From Macrostomum lignano (taxonomy: Eukaryota), in contig NIVC01002802.1 in the NCBI GenBank assembly GCA_002269645.1, positions 62,001 to 126,000 of the forward strand: a DNA stretch of 64,000 nucleotides. Direction: 5' to 3'. Each line of letters starts with the position of its first letter. The stretch's first letter is position 1. The notes beneath the pieces are model-generated. The model saw nothing but the letters and a program-made list of their open reading frames with translations. It was not told the origin of the DNA and did no database searches. The position numbers and the translations under genes are program-made. Positions 37,623 through 48,158 of this stretch are shown piece after piece.

Positions 37623-40600
37623 CTGAAGATGACAGGGTGAATCGTAAGAGAAGACATCAATAAAGACTTAAAACTTTGTAAATTAATTCTCTTAGTTAAT
37701 TTGATCTTACCTTTCAAATTCGAAGTTATCAAATTGTGCTCCATTGTGAAGATCCATCCAAATTGGATTGGAACTGAAAATTTGTTCAGTAAAAGTGGTG
37801 AACAGCTGATTTACTATTAGGAAGTATTGTGAAAGTCTGTTAAATCAACAAAGTTGTTTTTTTCTGGAGGTTAAAAGCAAATGTGTTGTTTAATTGTTTG
37901 TGCAACGCAACTGCAGAAGTCCACTCCATATCATATATCAGGTATTGAATGCATACATTTACTATAGTAGCCAAGTTTTATATGCCTCTTCTAGTAACAG
38001 AAAACTTTATGTTTGTCTCAAACACACGTTTCCATTCAAAGTTTGGTTAACTATTTCAGGAGATGCGATAAAGTTGTTGATAACCAATTTGAAAACACAT
38101 GGATAAGCTAAAAGAATGGATGACGGATAGCCAACACAATAGCTGGGACAAATTTTCACACGATGCTCAAAACAAATATAAGCAAATTTCAATAGTATAC
38201 TCGTTGATTTCTGTGCATTTTAACAAACTTTAAATTTTGCATTAGTGGGTATTAGTGCGAAAAAATAATTTTGTTAAAAAAACTTGTCATGTGCTCAAAC
38301 TCTCCGACATCATGCTCAATTAACTTCATTTTTGTCTAAGCATGCAAACACTTGTTGCGCGTGAAGGTGCTGCGTTCGATTATTTGACTGACTAACCGCT
38401 AAGAGCTTATATATAGTGTATTCAAACTTACGCTTGTTATATTATTTAATTGTGCAAACTGTCACACAAAACCTAAACAACACGATTTTCATGTAGAATA
38501 CGTTACGCTCACATTCATATACTAGCGATGATAATACTAACCTGAGTATGCAAATATATGTACAAATATCGAAATTTTTGTGTCATAGTTTCCAAACTGA
38601 TGCTGTTTGATGAGTGCAACTGATGATGAGAACTTGATATTTTTTGTTTTAAAATAATTTCTTGCTCTAAATTTCACTCCAAGATGGCATCCTCATCTGG
38701 ATCCGTGCATGCTCAGACTCAAAACAAAGTCTGACTTTCGTCTAGCACAGGTTTTGGCTGAATGCTGGCGGTGGTGGCGGAGTTAAACGCGGCATCCCCG
38801 CCGGTCTGCAGAGCACCGTTGTCGATGGCGTACGGATTCGAGTCGCCATTGGCGTGAGCTTGGCTGACTCGACTACTCAAAGCCAAGCTCTGGCTATTAC
38901 CGTTGGCATCCTTGCCTTGCTGATGGCTGCTTCGATTTCGAAAGGTGGGAAAAGAAAGGGGATATAACACATTTGAGAGGTTGGTAAGTTTGTCAGTGAA
39001 GTCGGTCAGATCGCTGTGCGTGGACAGAATTATATTTTCTCTTGTTTTAGACGCCTTTAGAAAATGTTTAGGGACTGTCACACGTAGGTTAGTTAAAGGA
39101 ACAAAAATATTACTAAAACTACAATCTATATCAGAATCGAAATAATAAAAAATGAAGGAACTAATTGAGTAAGTAAGTAAAACGAGAAATCAGAAATATC
39201 ATCGAGGCTTACCCTTCATATGCGTGAGCGTTGGTTCCTGGCGCTTTTAAACTGTCTGAGTTACCGCCGGGACCTGCAAGAAATTAATCGAATCAAATTG
39301 GCTTTCTGTTCCGTGTGTTGAATTCTTTTTAACAGTCTTTTATGTAAGCACTGTACGGATACAAAAGCTGGCGCCCATGGTGCTAAAGCCCTTGGTGTTA
39401 AAGCTCCTGGTGCTAAAGCTCCTGGTACTAAAGGCCCTTGTGCTCAAACCACTGGTGCTAAAACCACTGGTCCTAAAACCACTGGTGCTACTGCCTCGGT
39501 GCTAAAGCTCCAGGTGCTAAAGCCCCTGGTACTAAAACCACTGGTGCTACTACCCCTGGTGCTAAAGCCCTCGCTAAAAAAACCTATATCAACGCTCCTG
39601 CACTCCATTTCGATGCTACAGCGGGTTTCAAATCCAGCTACAAGTCCTTACCAAAGGCGACCGCAGTGGCAGCTTTCAGCTTTCGGCGATACATTCGTCT
39701 GCAGGACCAGAGCGATACGCAGGAGAAGAATAGCATTACGGTCAGACCGCAGGCGACAGCAATCAGGGCAATCTTCAGAATCTCCAACGTAGAATCCGTT
39801 GGCGCAGGTTGAACTGCGAGCCGGACCCACAGTACGTTGTAGGTTTTGTACAGCACCGGTAGTTCTGACCAGAGCTTGTCAATTTTGTCACGTACAGTTA
39901 GGGCAGAAATGATTGCGTTTGTTGTCTTATTGATCGCGTGAATGTAGATGTCGCTCCTATTAATTAGAGTGGATTCGTGGTTCCCGTTTCATTTAATCTT
40001 ACAAATGTTGAGTGGAAATTGTTTGTGGATAAAAAGACTCACTTGGTATCATCCGCCGTGCCGTCCTCGCGTTTGTAAGTGACAATATTGTTGGCCACAA
40101 TTCTCCAGCCGGTGATGTTGCTCAGGTAGGCCATCAGTTCGTCTCGTACTGCGCCAGATCCACGCGTGTTGTCGCTAAGAGTGACGACTATCTGCTGGTT
40201 AAGCGATAACAGATAAATAGTGCAACTGGCCCAAGAGGTGAAGCGCGAATCGCTAACGCTGACGTTGAAGATCAAAGAGCCCGACATTGTTTCTTGGAAA
40301 TAGGTTTTATCACCGGTTCGTAAAACTCCGTTAGCCGCAATGCTTAGCACCGTGTTGGTGATGCCCAGCTGTTGCAGCTGGTTGGCTAGCTGGCTCGTGT
40401 CTGCTCGAATATTCGAGATGCCGAACGTTAGGGCGCTGTTATTGCCGGCATCTGCGTCGGAGACGTACTGGGAGAAGCTTAATACAACGGTTCCTGGCGG
40501 ACTGTCAACCGTGACACCGCCGAAGAAAGCGGCCGATCGCCATACCGGCGGATTATCGTTGACGTCGCCGATTTGCACGACAATCTGAGCCATCGACGGG

Positions 40601-43600
40601 TTGCTGGGATCGTAGGTTACGGGATCGGCGTCCAGGGAGCGGCGAGTTCGACTCAGCTCGTTAGGCGCCGCATTCCATTCGTATGCGCCTAGGAAAGAGG
40701 AATGAAGCAGTAAGACTTCCCCTTACCCTGAATTTTCAGACAACTGTGTATAGTTATAAACAAACTTTTTTAGAGTGGGCATTAATTCGAAATTACAAAT
40801 TAATTGCAAAAACATTTGATTTTTTTGAGCTACGCACGTACATGTAAAAATAAAAATTCTGTCCAATAGAAATATTTCTTTGCATCCATTTTTCCAACGT
40901 GTAATTTTTAAGGTCTCCATGGCTGGGACGGGGTTTTTGATGATTAAGCGGTGGTAAATAGGTACGTTTGCTGTGAATATGCGGGTAATTTAATTTGCAA
41001 TGGTTTTCTAAATAAGACTAGCGACTTACTAGATGAGCAGTAGCTCGCACTGACGGCAATCACGTGGATTGTATATTGAGGCTTCGATTCCCGATCCGCC
41101 TGTATTAGAGCGTAGAAATCTCCGTTGGTCTTGTTCACGAAGAAGTTGTCGTAAGACTTTGCTGCAAGATCAAGCATAGAACGTAATGCTTAAGAAAGCG
41201 ATAGATAATTGATCACACCAGCCTTAATGGGCAGATGTGAGACCGGGAGTTCAGCCGCAGCTATTGCGTGGCGGATCTGAAGGCTGCGTACGGCTGTTCA
41301 GTCCAAAGACTGGGCCGGGGTCGCCACACACACCCTTAATTACCCCAGCTAATGCTGGCACCCATTTTACAGCTGAGTGGACTGAAGCAATGGATAATTG
41401 AGTGTCTTGCTCAAGGACACACAAATTTTCCTTGTGGGTCGAGAATCTAACCCCCGAAATTCCAATCGTGAGTCCGACGCTCTAACCACTAGGCTACAAC
41501 CAGCCCTTAAGAAAGCAACGGAGATCTATTTGAAATCAAAGCAAATGAAAATCGCGAGAAACTTACATATCATGAAGTAGCAAATCTGTGCAGTTGGGGT
41601 GCCCAGATCGGTATTGACAGCTTTGCCAATTGATCCAAGCCGAGTTCCCGTTAGATTCATGCCTTCTATAGTTGCTGCAGGCGGCAAGTTCTCCATCAGA
41701 GTGAACGTCTGCTCTCTGGACTGCTGCGGAAAGGCTGGCGGGCTCTCGTCCACGGCCCAGACTTCAACTACGACGCTGGTCTGAGAGCTCAAAGGTGACG
41801 CGCCTTGATCTGTGGCCTGTATCTGAAATCGGTACTGTATCTGCAGGGTGCGACGCAAGTTAATAGCGACAGTTAACAAACCAGATACTGGATCGATGCG
41901 AAACGCCGTCTGATCTGTTGTCGACGATGTGAGACTGAATCGAACGACAGCATTAACTCCATAGTCTTTATCAGTAGCAACCGCTTGTAGAAGCTCCTTG
42001 CCTATAGTGCTCGATGCGTTTGTGGATTCGTTGATTCGAACGTGAATTTCGGAAACGTTTGGATAGATAAACTCTGGAGCATGGTCATTAACATCGCTGA
42101 CTGAGATAGTCAGATGAGTAGAACCCGTTTGTCTTGGATCGCCTTTATCAGTAGCCAAGAGGATCAAGTAGAACCAACCAACAGCGCCTTTGAGATCAGT
42201 GCTGGTTGTCAAGCTGGCAGAGTAGCTGTCACCCGTCTGCTTAGTAGTGACCGTAAACAGTGACATTGCCCGATCGCTTTGACCAGGAACTGGTTGCAAA
42301 GAGAAATCTATCTCTTGATTCACGCCTACATCCGCATCTGTGGCTGATATTTCACGAATTAACTGCCCAGCAGTGGCGCTCTCCGTTAGCGTTGTGATGG
42401 TGAAGTTCGCTTGAGAAAATCGAGGAGCATTGTCGTTTACGTCAAGGATACTTATGACCATACTTCGACTGCTTTTCAGGCTGTTCGTACTCCCTGGATT
42501 GTCAAACGCTTCAATCACCAGGTTGTAGACGTCTCCGCCAGTCACGTCGCGATCCAACGGTGCAGTCAAATGTAGTTCGCCAGTTTCGCTGTTCAGACTG
42601 AATTTGCCGCCTCCACCGCTGAGGATTCGGTAGTTGACGGTGCCGAATGCTCCTGTGTCGTTGTCGTAGGCTTTAATAGTAGTCAGTAAGCTGCCAACAC
42701 TAATGTTCTCTGGCACTGACAGCGTATCGCTGAACTGATAAAATGTCGGCTGCACGTCATTAATATCCAAAACAGTAATTTCTACCGTTCCAGTGGTTTT
42801 ATGCAGCGAATCTGTTACCAACACTAATAGGGTGTACCTACTCATTGCTTCACGATCCAAGGGCGTTTTCAGTGATAATTGGGCTGTATTGGGATCAATG
42901 CCAAAGTAAGGATCATTTGTTGGCAATGTACTATACTGCAGCTTGGTAGTTGAGGAATCTGCATCTGTTGCAAGGAGCTTGGTACTGATTTCTACCGTTC
43001 CCTCGTAGATTGAAATTCGGAAGGTTCCGTTCACTGCTGGAGGTTGGAACACTGGCCATTCATCGTTAACATCGCTTAGTGTTAGAATAAGAGTCCCTGT
43101 GGCCGTTTGGATCGGTTGCACGGTTTCGTTTGCAAGATCTTGTACAAATATTGGTATAGTGATCTCGCCAGCCTGTTCACGATCCAGATTTCCAACCACC
43201 GTGATAGCTCCAGTTGTTGGAACGACAGTGAATAGGGATGTGTAATTGTATGCCGCGGGTTGAACAGGTTGACCGCTTGGTTGCAAAGCCGACATTTGGT
43301 CGTACAGAATACGATAGCTCAGATTGGCCGATGAATCGGGATCCTTGGCCGTGTAGGGAGGCGAAATCGGTAGTGAGAGCCCCAGCGGCAGGTTCTCTTG
43401 CACTGTTTCGCGTCTACTCAACACTTCAAAGTACGGCCGTTGGTTGTTGACATCCCTTACACTGACTACTAGAAGGCAGGACCCGCTCAGCTGTGGGTAG
43501 CCCTGATCATATACACCGATTGTCAAGTTGTATCTATCCCCGAATCTGTTTACATCCAAATCGGCTCCTCTTTCAACCTGTACTATGCCTGTGTCACCAA

Positions 43601-46600
43601 ATATGGTGAACTTGTCGGCGGCTCCACTTTGAATGCGATAGAACACCTTTGAGTTCTCGCTGACAGAAGGATCAGCATCCGTAGCATTTATTTGGGCCAC
43701 GAATGTTCCTTCGGGTGCGGTTTCGGCTACAGTTGCGCTAAACACATCCTTTATACAACTGGGAGCGTTATCATTCTGGTCAATAACGCCCACCGTGACA
43801 GTTACGAAATTGGACAATACTGGCACGCCAGCGTCATAGGCTGCCACCCTCAGAACGATAGTCGGATGCGTCAGAGTCTCGTAGTCTAGCGGCTTCACAA
43901 GGCTCAGAGATCCCGTTGACTGATTGACGGCAAAGCTTGACCCATAGTTGCCGTCAACAATCGCGTACTGAACTAGAGTGTTGTTAGAACCTTTCTCGTC
44001 GTTGTCAACGGCCTAAAGTTAACAGTGGAAGTGCATGAACGACAAGCAGAAGCACTGGTAATGTCGATTTAATGATTTATCGAATGGGGAGATACAAAAA
44101 ATCCAACCAATTCCTTGTCTATACTAGTCATTAAAGTACAACGCCCACGAACTAGTCAGATACGATAATCCAAGCTCTTTGGCGTGGCCATCTGGATCAT
44201 GGCTGAGAACAGCTCATCCTCTGCATCGGCCCCGCCCACTAAAGCAAGTCTTGTTACAAAAAGGTTTCATCGACAGAATCCTATCGCCTAGGAAGCGCGT
44301 GTTGGGTAGAGGGACAGAATGGAAAAGCATGAAAGTAATGTTTAGAATGGTGAGATCGAGGTAATGAAAAGGTACGGAGAGGAGAGTTAGGGATTTAGTG
44401 AGCAGCTAAGCCTGTGTTCTACTGTGCCAATCTCAATTAATCAATATCATTATTGCAAACGACTCTCTCCCAGATGTTTTTTCTCGTGTTCGTCAATAAG
44501 GGGATCACGGAGGGAATCCGAGTGGGTCATCATCTCCACAGGAGAGTCGCTGTCGAACAGAATGACAGACAGGCCGGTTGAAATCGGAAACGCAGCTACT
44601 GGTCGCTAATCAGGCATTAAGCAGTTACGAACCTCAACCTGCAGAGAGCTCTCAAATGTCAACGAGTTCTCTTTCACTAGTCCCGAGTAGCTTGGACGAG
44701 TGAACACGGGTGCATTGTCGTTGACGTCGGTCAGGTGGACCTCCAGTTGCACTGTGCTCACAAAGCCCCCACCGTCGCGAGCTCTTGCGGCTAAATAGAT
44801 CACTGAAATGCGTTCGCGATCCAGCGGCGTTGTTGCGGGAGTTGTGGCAGGGTCTACGTTTACCGTTACTTCTCCAGTGTCAGAGTTAATGCTGAATCTG
44901 TAGTGCGAACGCGTGTTGACAAATGTAGCAAATTTATTTATGCTTCTTGAACAGGGGTAGCTATAGCAACTTACATATTGTTGTCTGTTCCATCCAAGCT
45001 GTATGATATTGCTCCGAAAGCACCACTGTCCAAGTCAGTGGCCTGAAAAATGTATAGTTAGTTTCGAATATTTAGTTTGCAATCACACTGGTTTTAACAA
45101 ACACAGAGCAGTGCGAAAAGCTTACTGTAACTCGTCCCACAACAACACCTTGAACGGAGTTTTCCAGGATGCTAAAGACGTACTTTGTCTTGTCAAATAT
45201 TGGCCAGTTATCATTAGCATCGATGATTTGCAAAGCGACCGTGGCGGTGCTCGACCGAAGTTCCGTCGTTTGCGTCTCTCTGGCTATCATCTACAATGAA
45301 AAAGTAATTTAATGTCATTATTTATTTGTACTTCTTTTGCGGCCAAAAAACCTGCTTTCTTACCAGAAAGTTGACACTCTTCACAGTTTCGTAGTCCAAC
45401 AGTGTTGAATTCTTTACTCGGACGATCAAGGTAGCTTCCACCGATCCCGTTGCTGGTGCCACCTCAAAGTCTGCGTATGTTCGACCGTCCTTCCACACCG
45501 TTATATTGAACAGAGCGTTGACTCCAGCATCGAAATCCTGTACGACAACTCGATCTGCGAAACTGATTGGAACTCCAACCTGGGTGTTTTCAACTACGCT
45601 AGCGTTGAAAGTAGCCTGATTGAAGGTTGGAGTGCGATCGTTCTGATCCTCTACAATGATGGCGACGCTGGTTCGCGTCTGTGAGATATTTTCAGGCTGC
45701 GATACCGTCGAGACCTCCTTGGCGATGACGGGCAGGTCGATTGTTCCGTACACGGCTAGTAGCTCCGCACTCTCCCGGTCTAGCGGAGTTGAACCAACAG
45801 TCAGTTGGCCGGTGGACTTGTCTAGGCTGAAGTACTTAGAGAAGGCGTTGGCAGAATCCAGGTAGTACTCGACGGGGTTAGGCACGCCGCGATCTCCATC
45901 TAAGGCTTGTACAGTCACTACAAGTGTATCTTTGGGAGAGTTCTCCGGGATTCTGGCGATGTAGGGCACTTTCTGAAAGAAGGGCGGCGTGTCCTGCTGA
46001 TCGAGCACGTTGATAATGATGTCGGAAAAGACGGATGACCCGCCAGCGGAAGTATCCGTAGCGTTAACGGCAATCTGGTAGAACTTGTTAGTCTCATAGT
46101 CCAGCGCCTTTAACAATGAGACGTTCCGTTCGCAGGAGGCGCGACAATTGGGGCCGGTGAAGCTAAACAGACCGTCAATGTTGATTCCTGACACCTCCTG
46201 TTGAGTAAATTGACCGGTTGATGGGATCAATAAAGGACAAATTATTCGGAAACTCGTTGCATTAGTTTAATATTAATATTAATAATAATTTATTGCACCT
46301 GAGGTGCAACCGACAGTTCAGCCGCTGGCTGTGTACGGCTGTTCAGTCCAAGGCTGGGGGGTCGCCACACACACCCTCAATTATCCCAGTTAATGATGGC
46401 ACCAATTTTACAGCTCAGGGGACTGAATCAATGCAGAGTTAAGTGTCTTGCTCATGGAGACAAATGGTTCCGAGTGGTCAAGAATCGAACCCCCGACCTT
46501 TCAGTCGTGAGTCCGACGCTCTAACCACTACTCATTACGCGTTAGTTTAACATAATTGAGAGAACCAGCTGCGGTTCGTAGAAACCAACCTTAAAATTCA

Positions 46601-48122
46601 GCTGGATTGAGCCAGCGTCCCGGTCCCTGTCAATGGCTTGCACTTTGAACGGCGCGACCGACAGGGTATTCTGTAAGAAGCATTCGAATAGATAAATAAT
46701 ACGTTTTCAAAGCTGGCCAAGAGCTTAGTTAACAGATCACCCGGGAAGGTTTCGGTCAAATCAAATTGATAGTCGATTCGCCCTTGAGCAGTGTCGTACG
46801 CAGGAACTTAATTGAAGGGGGCCGCAAGCCTACGGGGCGCCGATATTTGGTGTCTTGGGCGCCCCTGTCTCTTGATGTGCGTCCCCGTCTCTTGATGGGC
46901 GTCCCTGTCTCTTGATGGGCGTCCCTGTCTCTTGGTGGGCGCCTTTTGTCTCTTGGTGAGTGTTTTTGTTTCTTGGTGGGCGTCCCATGTCTCTTGATGT
47001 GCGTCCCCGTCTCTTAATGGGCGTCCATGTCTCTTAATGGGCGTCCATGTCTCTTGATGGGCGTCCCTGTCTCTTGGTGGGCGCCCCTGACTATTGGTGG
47101 GCGTCTTTGTCTCTTGGTGGGCGCCTTTGTCTCTTGGTGGGCGCCCCTGACTCCTGGTGGGCGTCTTTGTCTCTTGGTGGGCGCCCCTGACTCCTGGTGG
47201 GCGTCTTTGTCTCTTGGTGGGCGCCCCTGACTCTTGGTGGGCGCCTCTACCCCTGTCTCGGGGAGATGCCACGTCCAAGAAATGTCAAAAGTTAATTTCC
47301 CCTGTAATACGTCGCAGCCTCTAATAAAATGAATGAAGCTCTTTCATTTAGTTTCTGGGTTAGCTCACTTAGGCACAATAAACAGTCGTTAACCCTTAAG
47401 CTTACCCAGTTTCGGTGGAGAACTTACCTCGGGAATTTCCCATCGATACGGCTGAAGCAGGAACTCGGGCTTGTTGTCATTTATGTCGGTAATTATTACT
47501 GGATTAAACAGTTTAGAAATCTGTAAAGCGAATACCGAAGTATCGAGGCATGATGTTTAAATAATAAAACGAAGATTTTCAAAGTTAGACATACAACCGC
47601 CTTACTATATTTAGATTTCCATCGTTAAGTGTAATCTGTAATTCCATTGAAATCTTATTGTAGCTCTGAAAAATGATATTGAATTAGCATTCGGTATGAT
47701 ATTTTAGCTTGTATGTCACTGTAGAATCGATTACAAAATTAAAAGAATTAAATTCGGGACTAGAATTGTATCCAGCGCAAAACGTAGAAGAAATTAGTAC
47801 GGAAGTCTCTTACAAACTCTTTTTTAAATCATGTGCTAAATAAAGAATCCAGCTGCGGCCCAAATAAAAGAGAAAAAATAGGAAATAGAGGAGAGAGAGA
47901 ATAGTTGAGAGTGAAGAAAAGAAAGGAGATGGGAGAGGTGAGAGACGAAATGAGAAAAGGAGAAAGAATTGAGAAGATGAGAGGAGAGATGAGATGAAAG
48001 GAGAGAGGCGAGACAGTAGATGAGAGGGAGATTAGAGAAGAGCGGAGACTGTAAAGGCGAGAGAGGAGATGAGAAAAGAGCAAGATGAGATGAGAGGGAA
48101 GAGAAATTGAGAGGGGAGAGGT

Positions 48123-48158
<36 letters not shown>

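Noticed and set aside
38668-38760. Third cadherin tail ending WSEI* in another frame
   Set aside because: That frame is closed by an upstream TAG and no acceptor with a matching phase was found.
41430-41500. tRNA gene (also 46465-46530)
   Set aside because: These are SINE heads: no complete acceptor stem and followed by a CORE-like body.
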